In this document: one piece after another, positions 26,076 through 34,464 of the stretch | Numbering within the stretch: the stretch's first letter is position 1 | How the letters are laid out: every line of letters begins with the position of its first letter | IMG/VR virus record: IMGVR_UViG_2162886007_000107 | Span: 172,431-236,430 of that record | Direction: 5' to 3' (one strand) | DNA: 64,000 nt | Notes under the pieces: generated by a model | Databases searched by the model: none | Told to the model about the DNA's origin: nothing | The model's input: the letters and a program-made list of their open reading frames with translations, nothing else | Position numbers and translations under genes: made by a program

Positions 26076-26117
26076 CTTCTAGGCGGTCTTAAGCCTATAT
26101 TACTCCGGTGTATCAAT
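26071..26117 (+). promoter_or_regulatory. phiKZ-type early promoter
   Basis: TTTAACTTCTAGG-N11-CTATATTACTCCGGTGTATCAATG; core at 26096-26103. Confidence 0.8.
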
Positions 26118-26161
26118 GGAAAAAAGACATTCGGTCTGACTGATACATCGGAGTTTTCGAC

Positions 26162-26374
26162 ATGCTCTATCGACTGCAAATTTTGGCTTTACTGATGGTC
26201 CCCTTGTGCCTGTTTCTCGCAGGCTGCTGGCTCATCATCTGGGCTGCTAAACGGTATTACCCTGACTGCAAAGAGCGTCAGGTTTCCATCGCCATCATTC
26301 ACGGTGGTGTGGTCTTAGGCACATTTGGGCTTATGGGTCAAATCATGTATCACTTGCATGATCTTGATATGTAA
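26162..26374 (+). CDS. small two-TM membrane protein
   Basis: GGAG RBS; two hydrophobic segments. Confidence 0.65.
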   Translation: MLYRLQILALLMVPLCLFLAGCWLIIWAAKRYYPDCKERQVSIAIIHGGVVLGTFGLMGQIMYHLHDLDM

Positions 26375-26416
26375 GCAGTAAACCAAACGTCGAAGATTCT
26401 GGTGGAACAGTTTTAC

Positions 26417-26448
26417 CGTATGCACTGGAACAGCTATCAGTGCATACG
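26417..26448 (+). other. perfect 11-bp intergenic hairpin
   Basis: CGTATGCACTG/CAGTGCATACG with a 10-nt loop. Confidence 0.6.
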
Positions 26449-26500
26449 TTTACCTTTATTACTAACGGCTAGCTATTTCGGCAGCCAAAGGAGATTTACC

Positions 26501-27091
26501 ATGACTCAACTTTTCTCTGATCGTAAATTCGTAGACACTTTCTCCACTCGCAATGTAGTGTTTGAAAGCTACGCCGGTTTCGACAAAGCAGGTGACTTGG
26601 TTCTGCGCACCTGCATGGAGTTCGCTCACAACGGCCGTATCAAACGCACCAAGGTCATCAAGACCGAAGGCATGAGCGTCCACGCTATCCACACCGCCGT
26701 TGGTGAGTATCAGGCTGAAGTCCTGGACATCATCAACGTTCTGGAAGACTACTGCTCCTGGGTCCGTTCTGGCAAGGTAGAAGTCTTCTCGGAATTCATC
26801 GGCACCGATGATAGCCCGCTGTATTTCCACGGCCACTGCACCAAAGGCTACCCATCCCTGTTCATCTTCGGTCAGGAACTGCACAGCCTAGAACTGTACG
26901 GCAAAGGCACTCTGAAATCTCAGGGCGAGAAAGTCCCTTACATCGAGCGTATCGAATCGCTCGCTGAGTGCTATCGTGAACACCTGAAATCGCTGGATGC
27001 CGTTCCGGCTAATGCTTTTAAAGGTGGTTACGTAGAACGTGTTTCCAAAGGTTCGGTAATTTCCATTGAACAGTATGCAACCGCACGATAA
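26501..27091 (+). CDS. hypothetical protein
   Basis: AAGGAG RBS; strong codon bias. Confidence 0.8.
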   Translation: MTQLFSDRKFVDTFSTRNVVFESYAGFDKAGDLVLRTCMEFAHNGRIKRTKVIKTEGMSVHAIHTAVGEYQAEVLDIINVLEDYCSWVRSGKVEVFSEFIGTDDSPLYFHGHCTKGYPSLFIFGQELHSLELYGKGTLKSQGEKVPYIERIESLAECYREHLKSLDAVPANAFKGGYVERVSKGSVISIEQYATAR

Positions 27092-27103
27092 GGAAAAGCT
27101 TTA

Positions 27104-27571
27104 ATGAACAAGGTGTTCGCAGTAATTGTTTTTGCTTTGGCTGGTAATGCATTTGCCGGTAGTGCTAACACAATCACTTGTGCTCAGTACGGTTATACCA
27201 ACAACCCTGACAACTTTGCTGATATACCGGTTGCTGCAAAGCAATCGGTATTTAAGGTTAACGACCTTACCGTATCGTTGGATGGGAAAGTTTACAAAGT
27301 GATCGATCCAGAAATGGTCGGTCTGGAAGGCCTCGCTGTCGTTTACAAAGACAGTAAAAATAACCAACTCCTCTATCTTTATATGAACGATAATGGGGAG
27401 AAGGAAATCGGGGTTTCCAATATACCGGAAGATTCTGATACTTTCTTCGGAGATAAAGGTGTGTACAAGCAGTGCACACTTACCGAGGATAAAGAGGATG
27501 CTTCTACCGAATCGGTACTTAGAACTGCGGGAGGAAGAGTTTCGACTACTCTCCCGGTTTACAGTTTTTAA
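27104..27571 (+). CDS. putative exported/periplasmic protein
   Basis: Signal peptide MNKVFAVIVFALAGNAFA; two Cys. Confidence 0.75.
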   Translation: MNKVFAVIVFALAGNAFAGSANTITCAQYGYTNNPDNFADIPVAAKQSVFKVNDLTVSLDGKVYKVIDPEMVGLEGLAVVYKDSKNNQLLYLYMNDNGEKEIGVSNIPEDSDTFFGDKGVYKQCTLTEDKEDASTESVLRTAGGRVSTTLPVYSF

Positions 27572-27572
27572 A

Positions 27573-27722
27573 GTGAAAGTCATTAAGGGAGCCGGAGCAG
27601 TTATTGCTTGCGGTTCTCTTAATTTTTTTATTAAGTCTGGTCAAAATAACTTAAAGGTTGGCGAGAGTTTGAAGTTCCAAGGTGGACTACTCGTACCTAA
27701 AGACCAAGGGTTGTGGATATAG
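27573..27722 (+). CDS. possible small protein (49 aa)
   Basis: GTG-start ORF filling the gap; weak RBS. Confidence 0.3.
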   Translation: MKVIKGAGAVIACGSLNFFIKSGQNNLKVGESLKFQGGLLVPKDQGLWI

Positions 27723-27731
27723 GAGCTTGTA

Positions 27732-28202
27732 ATGCGTGTTGAACACCTGATGTACGCGGACGACTTCAAACTCCTCCGTGGTCGGTTAAGCGTTGTTCAA
27801 GAAAAGGATCTTGATCCTCATATTGTCCCATTCTTAACCGCAGCAAATTGTTCCGACGAATTGGTTACCGTTTGGTCCTGTGAAGGTCACCGTGGTAGTC
27901 GTCGTTGGAACAAGGGTTACGTTATCCTGGGTGTTCGTGATCGTGACCATATGTACAAGTTGTATGACTTGGTTCGCCAAGAGTTTGGTGAAAGCCAACA
28001 CTTGGTCAGTTTGAATATGACCACCCGTCTTAACTTCGTCAAGGGCAAAAATCCCAAGACTGGGTTGCATGGCTGGTTTGCTGTTTGGATTCTAAACTGG
28101 AAGCATGATAAGAATGTTTCCAGAGAAAAAGGTTGGGAGCATTTAGAGGCTGCCGGGGTAAAGTTTATCGAATGGTTGCAAGGACCGAGGTTGATGACAT
28201 GA
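27732..28202 (+). CDS. hypothetical protein with TYW3-like N-terminal motif
   Basis: LDPHIVPFLTAANCSDELVTVWSCEGH. Confidence 0.65.
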   Translation: MRVEHLMYADDFKLLRGRLSVVQEKDLDPHIVPFLTAANCSDELVTVWSCEGHRGSRRWNKGYVILGVRDRDHMYKLYDLVRQEFGESQHLVSLNMTTRLNFVKGKNPKTGLHGWFAVWILNWKHDKNVSREKGWEHLEAAGVKFIEWLQGPRLMT

Positions 28203-28588
28203 GTGAAGTAGTCGAAAAAGAAGAAGTAAAAGAAGTCGACATTATCAAGGATTTTGTTGACTACGTCTTTGACACGACCAACATCTTTGATCGTGAGAAG
28301 TTTTTGGGTGGTCGTAACGTGACTGGTAATGCTTTCGGTAAAGAAGCTAACCTGCGTTACCAGTACTGCTCTGGTGGTTACTACGCCGAAGGTTGGGCTG
28401 GCAATATCAAGTTCCGTATCTACGGCTTGACCAGTCGTACTGTTACAACCTGGCGTTATCACGTCTGTCCGATTGATGACCAGATCAATGAAGAAGACAA
28501 TGAGTTCTGCTTCATCGGCCGGCGTAAAGAAATGTTGTTGGATGAACTCAAACGTCACGTCCTGGAAGACATCTGTCCGGACATTTAA
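28199..28588 (+). CDS. hypothetical protein
   Basis: ATGA overlap; GAGG RBS. Confidence 0.7.
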   Translation: MSEVVEKEEVKEVDIIKDFVDYVFDTTNIFDREKFLGGRNVTGNAFGKEANLRYQYCSGGYYAEGWAGNIKFRIYGLTSRTVTTWRYHVCPIDDQINEEDNEFCFIGRRKEMLLDELKRHVLEDICPDI

Positions 28589-28600
28589 AGGAATAGCGTT

Positions 28601-28855
28601 GTGTCGTGGATTATTATTCAGACTATGCTGTGGTCAATCGTGTGGTACCTGTGGATTGTGCGCAGGGGCTATATCCAACACATGAGTGAAGTGCTTACAG
28701 ATACTTTCGAGTATCATGCTTTCCTGCTCAAAGAAAGTTACTGGCTTAAGTTGGTAACCAGCTTTGTGGCTGTTCTGTCGGTTTCAGATTTTGTAGTAAA
28801 GACCTGGAACCTTATTCAATACATCAAGTACTCGGGGTTACCTCATGTCTACTGA
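28601..28855 (+). CDS. small membrane protein
   Basis: AAGGA RBS with GTG start; two hydrophobic segments. Confidence 0.6.
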   Translation: MSWIIIQTMLWSIVWYLWIVRRGYIQHMSEVLTDTFEYHAFLLKESYWLKLVTSFVAVLSVSDFVVKTWNLIQYIKYSGLPHVY

Positions 28856-29246
28856 ACATCAAAAACCTGTTCCAACTATGGAAGAGTATGACATCCTGGA
28901 ACGTTGGGTGGACTTCATCCGTGCTACCGATAACTACTGGGATCCAACTACGTTCGGCACCAAGGACAGCTACGGCAAGATCTTCGGCAAGCAGGCTGCC
29001 ATGCATACGGTCTTCTGCCTGGGTAATGCCTTCGCTGATATCCGTATGACTCGGGAACGCACTAATCCAGAAGTGGCTGAAGTGCGGGTGTTTGTGTTCT
29101 TCAACTCCCTCCAAAACTTCCAGGTCTACGTTGGCTACGGTTTTGCCAATGAAGAAGTGGTCGTCAACATGGAAAAGGCCTCGGCTACTTTCCAACCGTT
29201 CCAACACGCTCGCTTCATGGAGCACATGAAAGAACTGTTCGCATAA
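28845..29246 (+). CDS. hypothetical protein
   Basis: 133 aa; codon bias. Confidence 0.75.
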   Translation: MSTEHQKPVPTMEEYDILERWVDFIRATDNYWDPTTFGTKDSYGKIFGKQAAMHTVFCLGNAFADIRMTRERTNPEVAEVRVFVFFNSLQNFQVYVGYGFANEEVVVNMEKASATFQPFQHARFMEHMKELFA

Positions 29247-29253
29247 GGAGCGG

Positions 29254-29511
29254 GTGATGGAGTGGTATTTCAAAGTACTGGCATTCGTGGTTGTTTACAT
29301 CTTGTTGTGGAAGTTCTTTTTCCATGCATTCGTTTCTGAGCTTATCGCCAATCAAAACGGCGGATTGTTGCAAGCTGGAATCATGAACAAATACGGTCTT
29401 CCGTTCAAAAAGACCAAACTGTTGTGGACCATGTATGGTTGCAACATTCTTTATGCGTTGTGCTGGATCTACATCGTGATCCTGGCCATCGTTATCATCT
29501 TCAAGTCTTAA
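29254..29511 (+). CDS. small two-TM membrane protein
   Basis: AAGGAG RBS; two hydrophobic segments. Confidence 0.7.
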   Translation: MMEWYFKVLAFVVVYILLWKFFFHAFVSELIANQNGGLLQAGIMNKYGLPFKKTKLLWTMYGCNILYALCWIYIVILAIVIIFKS

Positions 29512-29521
29512 AGGGGTTGCC

Positions 29522-29794
29522 GTGTCAACATTCAAGTTTCTCCAAAAGGTAAGTCAACCTGACTTCAAACAGATCACCGAGCAAATGCGCGGCGCTGGTC
29601 TGCACGTAATGCGGGACCCTAAACCAGGTGGTCTGAAGATGGATCATGTGGTCGGTCGCGTGTCGTCTGCGTTCAACCTGGGCAAAAAGGTTGAAGTAAC
29701 CGCCAACATTTTGTACGACCCTAAGGATGAGGTGAAACTCACCAAAGACGACGGTGTCTGGTATCTGGTGATCAAAACCAATTCCAACAAGTAA
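29522..29794 (+). CDS. hypothetical protein
   Basis: AGGGG RBS with GTG start; followed by a terminator. Confidence 0.7.
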   Translation: MSTFKFLQKVSQPDFKQITEQMRGAGLHVMRDPKPGGLKMDHVVGRVSSAFNLGKKVEVTANILYDPKDEVKLTKDDGVWYLVIKTNSNK

Positions 29795-29809
29795 CAACTA
29801 CGGTATCTT

Positions 29810-29843
29810 CTAACCCTTACCGCTATCGGTAAGGGTTAGTTTA
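29810..29843 (+). terminator. terminator-like hairpin
   Basis: CTAACCCTTACCG/CGGTAAGGGTTAG stem. Confidence 0.75.
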
Positions 29844-29869
29844 CCTAATTTTTGTTTGGGGAATTTTTT

Positions 29870-30517
29870 ATGTCATTAGGTAAGGAATACGAAGAAGGGA
29901 CTGTTGTATTCGATCCCTTAATGGTCGTAGGTAAAGATTTCGTATCAGGTAGTGGCATCGACACCCACTATTTTGATTACGCCTACACCGTCACCCCAGT
30001 AATGTCGCAAAAGAAACGCAAGAAAGGAGATCCCGAACATTTCAGATATGACTGGAACGGTTATCTCAACATCGGTTTGAAGTACCGGATTCATTTACAC
30101 AACATCGAACCTGATGTTGGACTGGTAGAGCAAGAAGCTAAGCTACAACTGCTTAAGGATACCTTAGACGAATTCTTGAAGGAATTCAGGGCTCGTCTGA
30201 AGACTCCTGGTAAGAAAGATCTGGTGGTTAAAAACTGGCTCAATCCAGAGACTAGCCGTTACACCAGTTTCGCTGCATACAACTTGGATAAGAATGGCAA
30301 TGGGTCTTTCAGTATTTCTGATTGCCATAAGAGCAACGTCATCTGGGTTTATACTGTGCGTGATGACAGTGGTAAAGTGCGTGGTGGACACTACAGCACT
30401 AAAGAAATCCAAACCCTAGAGGAAGTAAGCAAGGGTGTTGGTAAGAGTATCAGGGCGATACAGCAGCTGCGCAAGTTCTTTGAACGGGAAGTCCTGGACA
30501 GCCCTTCTGAGAAATAA
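29870..30517 (+). CDS. hypothetical protein
   Basis: 215-aa ORF. Confidence 0.7.
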   Translation: MSLGKEYEEGTVVFDPLMVVGKDFVSGSGIDTHYFDYAYTVTPVMSQKKRKKGDPEHFRYDWNGYLNIGLKYRIHLHNIEPDVGLVEQEAKLQLLKDTLDEFLKEFRARLKTPGKKDLVVKNWLNPETSRYTSFAAYNLDKNGNGSFSISDCHKSNVIWVYTVRDDSGKVRGGHYSTKEIQTLEEVSKGVGKSIRAIQQLRKFFEREVLDSPSEK

Positions 30518-30524
30518 TTGAAAC

Positions 30525-30550
30525 CTATATTACCTAGGTAGCTGTATCAA
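30525..30550 (+). promoter_or_regulatory. TATATTAC early promoter of the chaperonin gene
   Basis: Core at 30526-30533; the upstream TTAAC element is not at the usual spacing. Confidence 0.7.
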
Positions 30551-30572
30551 CAGAATTTGTAACCGGAGTAAT

Positions 30573-32210
30573 GTGATGTCTGATAACACTTTGCAATTTA
30601 TCACTCTCGATGAAACCAAACGTCTGGCCGAAGATGTGGTCAATGACGTCGAGCGTGCCGTTGTCGCGACCATGGGTCCGAACGGTCGCTTGTCCGTAAT
30701 TACTGTGGGCACTACACCTAAAGTAACCAAAGACGGTGTAACCGTAGCAAAAGGTCTGAAGTTCAACGATCCACGCAAGGAACTGATCAACAAGATCATT
30801 ACCGAACCGGCGATCAAAACCGACGAAGAATGTGGTGATGGCACCACCACTACCATCATGTTGATGGCACAGTTCTTCCGTGTGTATCGGGCCTTCCCAA
30901 GCTACCGTCAGCACGCGTTCATCGATGAAGTTACCAAAGCCTGGATCGAAGAACTGCGTCGCCTGAGCATCCAGCTGGAAGTGGATGATCCACGTCTGAT
31001 GCAAATGGCTCTGACCTCTTCGAACAACGATGCGGAAATGAGTCGTATCGTAGTAGATCTGTACCGTGGCAGTAAGGAACACTTCCCATCGATCGAACTG
31101 GTTTACGGCGTGGAAGATACCGACCGTGTGATTCACACCGACGGTCTGCGCATGAACATGGAACTGAGCAATCCTCAGTATGCAGGTAACACTGCCGGCA
31201 CCCTGACTCTGGATAATTACATCCCAGTTCTGGTAGATGGTTTCATCAAACCAGAAAACGTTCAGGAGCTGATTAAGTTCTGTGGTGAGATGACCAATCT
31301 GCATGGTGACTCTCCAGTTACTGTTGTGATCATTGCTCGTGCGCTGGAAACCCAGATCGATGGTGCCATCCTGAAACTGAATGCTCAGTTGAGACAGGCT
31401 GGCAAGAAGATCAGTTTCGCTGGTGTACGTACCAACCTGGGTGGTTCTCTGGGTAGCAACATCATGCAGGACATGGCGTGCATGCTGAACTCCAGCATGG
31501 TCAGTGATCTGGATCAAGCTTGCAGTGTTACGTGGGAAGTCAACAATGACCAGTTGACCATCACCAACAACAAAGCAATCCTGATCCCAACTGAGAAAGC
31601 TGCCACTCGTATCGAAGAACGCGTGGAAGAAATCCGCAAGGTCCTCGAAAACTACGATGCTCGTACTCGTTGGAGTCGTCGTGCTCGTTTCGACGAAGAT
31701 CGTCTGCGTAACCTGACTGGTGAAGTTGTCAACCTGTGGGTTGGTGGTGAAACTCAGTCGGAAGTCAAAGAACGTCATGCACGTTTTGAAGACGTTATCA
31801 AAGCGGTCAAGAGCGGTCTGGTTAACGGCATCCTTCCAGGTTGCGGTATCAGCCTGATCGAGAGCCTGGAAGTAGCAGGGGCCAAGTTCCTGAAAGAAGA
31901 AATGTCTGAAGAAGACCGTAGCTTCAAAACCGAAATCATCGGTGCACTGGTAGAAGTTTCTCGTCACCAGTACAAGTACCTGATGGAAAAGGTTTCCGAT
32001 GTTTACATGCAACGGAACGAAGAAGGTCGTCTGATGGTAACCAACCTGGCCACTGGCGAAAATGGTTCTCCAGAATCGTTGGGTGTGTTCGACACTGCTT
32101 ATGCGTCGATCACTGCGCTGAAGGGCGGTTCTCAAACTGCCAAGATCGTAGCGACCCTCGACTCGGTAATCATCAGTGACAAACTGACAACTGTGGCCGT
32201 ACAAGGCTAA
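30573..32210 (+). CDS. phage GroEL-like chaperonin (EL gp146 / OBP gp246 type)
   Basis: TMGPNG, TKDGVTVAK, EECGDGTTT, VGGETQSEVKER..RFED, GILPGCG, DTAYASITALKG. Confidence 0.95.
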   Translation: MMSDNTLQFITLDETKRLAEDVVNDVERAVVATMGPNGRLSVITVGTTPKVTKDGVTVAKGLKFNDPRKELINKIITEPAIKTDEECGDGTTTTIMLMAQFFRVYRAFPSYRQHAFIDEVTKAWIEELRRLSIQLEVDDPRLMQMALTSSNNDAEMSRIVVDLYRGSKEHFPSIELVYGVEDTDRVIHTDGLRMNMELSNPQYAGNTAGTLTLDNYIPVLVDGFIKPENVQELIKFCGEMTNLHGDSPVTVVIIARALETQIDGAILKLNAQLRQAGKKISFAGVRTNLGGSLGSNIMQDMACMLNSSMVSDLDQACSVTWEVNNDQLTITNNKAILIPTEKAATRIEERVEEIRKVLENYDARTRWSRRARFDEDRLRNLTGEVVNLWVGGETQSEVKERHARFEDVIKAVKSGLVNGILPGCGISLIESLEVAGAKFLKEEMSEEDRSFKTEIIGALVEVSRHQYKYLMEKVSDVYMQRNEEGRLMVTNLATGENGSPESLGVFDTAYASITALKGGSQTAKIVATLDSVIISDKLTTVAVQG

Positions 32211-32221
32211 CTGGTAAAACA

Positions 32222-32245
32222 GCTGGGGAGGGAAACCTCCTCAGC
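32222..32245 (+). terminator. GNRA-loop hairpin after the chaperonin gene
   Basis: GCTGGGGAGG-GAAA-CCTCCTCAGC; no adjacent U tract. Confidence 0.5.
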
Positions 32246-32265
32246 CGTTAGGAGTTCTATTTTTT

Positions 32266-32481
32266 ATGACCGAAGGCATGCAAAGACTGTGGGCTCAAAA
32301 ACCCATGTTGCTTATGAGTCTTGTATTAGGGTTAGCGTTACCTAGCAAGGCTTTGATTATCTGGATTATAATTGCCTCGTTCTTTTTGTTGGCAACTAAA
32401 TTCAGCACCATCAATTCAATCTTGCTTACTTTTACCATTAACTTCTTGTTAGTGGCGTATTTCCCCGAATTTTACATCTGA
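32266..32481 (+). CDS. small hydrophobic membrane protein
   Basis: 71 aa, almost entirely hydrophobic. Confidence 0.55.
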   Translation: MTEGMQRLWAQKPMLLMSLVLGLALPSKALIIWIIIASFFLLATKFSTINSILLTFTINFLLVAYFPEFYI

Positions 32482-32535
32482 TGCCTTAGGGATCTTATAG
32501 CTTAGCACCCGCAAGCTGCAATTTCCCGGGAAGGT

Positions 32536-33120
32536 ATGAGCATGGCCGATAAACAACATATGGAATTGTTCTTTGATCGATTCCTCGAATTCAACCTCGA
32601 TCGATTCAAAGACGATCCAAAATGGTTGCCCAAGTTTACTGGGCTGACCTTCAACATGTTGACCATTTCGGATATCACTCCGATCATGGGCAATACCCGT
32701 CGCAACTCGGCAGTCTTCTCTGCTGCCCGTCGCTTCCGCGGTCTCAACCAGTCTTGGACTCCAGCCAAGGCCGAAACCGATCTGAAGCTGTACAAGCCAG
32801 TCACTCCTGATGCACTGCCAAGTGTCGACAAGCTCTCTGAGCAAGTTGAAGCTGGCGTGTACTTCTACGTTGACGGTCAAGACGTTAAAGTTGGTGTTGT
32901 AATTGCCAACGGCGTCGAAGCAGGTCAACAAGCCGCTGCTGTGGAATCCACCCTGCGTGCTGCTCTGGTCTACGACATCCCAACGGTTACCGTCGCTGGC
33001 GTTGGTAACAGCGTTGCACTGGTGGGCGACTCCTACGAGGGCTCCCTGGTCTGGGCAATCGGTCAGGAAGCTATCGAAGTCATCCCTGATACCGACTACG
33101 GTCAACTGGTAGGTAAATAA
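32536..33120 (+). CDS. putative virion protein, paralog of 60187-60759
   Basis: LFFDRFLEFNLDRFKD versus LFLDRFIEYNVERYQD. Confidence 0.7.
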   Translation: MSMADKQHMELFFDRFLEFNLDRFKDDPKWLPKFTGLTFNMLTISDITPIMGNTRRNSAVFSAARRFRGLNQSWTPAKAETDLKLYKPVTPDALPSVDKLSEQVEAGVYFYVDGQDVKVGVVIANGVEAGQQAAAVESTLRAALVYDIPTVTVAGVGNSVALVGDSYEGSLVWAIGQEAIEVIPDTDYGQLVGK

Positions 33121-33130
33121 CAAGTAATCT

Positions 33131-33162
33131 CTTATCCCGGTCCCCAAAAGGACCGGGATAAG
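33131..33162 (+). terminator. terminator-like hairpin
   Basis: CTTATCCCGGTCC/GGACCGGGATAAG stem. Confidence 0.75.
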
Positions 33163-33238
33163 GGTTATGTTTGCAATATCATAAATTATAACGAAGTAAG
33201 CTATATTTTTGTGCATCAACGCACTAAGGAATTTTGTT

Positions 33239-33781
33239 ATGGAAACTCTTCAGCAGTATTACGACCGCCATCGTCGTGCCTTGGATCAGAAGACCCTGGA
33301 GGTGTTCTTCTCAGGTACACGTTTCAACGATAGCGACATGGTTGATTTTGTGAATGCATTAGACTTGTTGGATGACATTACTCGTACCCAGTATTTCAAG
33401 TCTGATCGTTACCTGGAAACCCCTGATACTTACGTTTGCAGAGCCGAGTCTCATCGTCTCTTCAATCTGAAGAAGGGTCCGCTTCCTAGTTCGGTAAACA
33501 AGATCAAAAAGGTTGGACACCCTACTAATGGACTTATCAAAGAGTTTCTAGACGGTCCTTACGTCGGTTTGTTTTACCGCATGATGTACGAGATCAAAGA
33601 AAACCGCATTGATGTAATCTGTGATCTGAGGCCAGTTAGTGTTCGTCTCGATCCAGCCGCACCCCACCCGATGTATGGTGTTATTGAATACCTGGACGTC
33701 GAGAAGAAGAACTTGTTGAAGCTTCCCTTCTTTTTACACCGCCTAGGACCGGCAAACATGCAAGCTCGGACGGGGACTTAA
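33239..33781 (+). CDS. hypothetical protein
   Basis: AAGGA RBS before ATG 33239. Confidence 0.7.
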   Translation: METLQQYYDRHRRALDQKTLEVFFSGTRFNDSDMVDFVNALDLLDDITRTQYFKSDRYLETPDTYVCRAESHRLFNLKKGPLPSSVNKIKKVGHPTNGLIKEFLDGPYVGLFYRMMYEIKENRIDVICDLRPVSVRLDPAAPHPMYGVIEYLDVEKKNLLKLPFFLHRLGPANMQARTGT

Positions 33782-33823
33782 CTTCTAAAGTTATTCAGCC
33801 CTACATTACTAGGGTAGCTGAAT
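33777..33823 (+). promoter_or_regulatory. early promoter variant (CTACATTAC)
   Basis: CTTAACTTCTAAA-N11-CTACATTAC, same spacing as the other copies. Confidence 0.65.
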
Positions 33824-33849
33824 GACAGCATTTCAAAGAGGTATCCGCT

Positions 33850-34404
33850 ATGAACGAGGCCATGAAAATGGAGGAGTCTTATGTAGACGCAGACACATTG
33901 GGTAATTACAGCTTAAACTACTTTAACGAAGTTCTATCTCCAGACTTCGTTAAAGAACTGATGGCGATCTTTGGTTTGAATGCCAAGCATCTCATCAAGG
34001 AATTCATCTTCGGGGTGGATATCCTGGTAGAGTTGGTAAATAGCCCAACCGTCCCAATGAAGCGTCTACTGAACAACAAAGACGTAACCGACGCTCTGGT
34101 CTTCAAGATGAAAGACCGAGCCTTCTCGGAAGGCAAGCCTGAGTATTACGGCTGCCAAGTCAACGCTTACGTTACCGATCTTATCGACGAGTTCTTTGAG
34201 CGCAAATATTTGCGTCTCTTCAACTATGTCCTCTCGGAGACTCGTCCTCATCTGGTAATCAAACTTGATGGCAGCGAATACCTGCTGACTATCAATAAAG
34301 CTTTGTCCCTGAGCACGCAACACTGCTCCGTGAATTTCAAGAACTTGGGAGATGGTGATCGACGGATCGTCATTCCTTTTAATACAAAACGGTTGACACA
34401 ATAG
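33850..34404 (+). CDS. hypothetical protein
   Basis: GAGG RBS; 184 aa. Confidence 0.75.
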   Translation: MNEAMKMEESYVDADTLGNYSLNYFNEVLSPDFVKELMAIFGLNAKHLIKEFIFGVDILVELVNSPTVPMKRLLNNKDVTDALVFKMKDRAFSEGKPEYYGCQVNAYVTDLIDEFFERKYLRLFNYVLSETRPHLVIKLDGSEYLLTINKALSLSTQHCSVNFKNLGDGDRRIVIPFNTKRLTQ

Positions 34405-34409
34405 GACTG

Positions 34410-34446
34410 TCCTGCTCGTCCTTAGGGGCGGGTAGGGCTTTATTTA
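34410..34446 (+). terminator. terminator-like hairpin
   Basis: TCCTGCTCGTCC/GGGCGGGTAGGG stem plus TTTATTT. Confidence 0.6.
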
Positions 34447-34464
34447 ACACGAGGAGAATGGTAA

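Noticed and set aside
30534-32204. 556-aa antisense ORF over the chaperonin gene
   Set aside because: Shadow ORF produced by the codon bias of the + strand gene; no motifs or RBS, and the chaperonin call is unambiguous.
33201-33219. CTATATTTTTGTGCATCAA promoter-like sequence (similarly CTACATTTC at 22545)
   Set aside because: The core is mismatched and the upstream TTAAC box is not at the conserved spacing.
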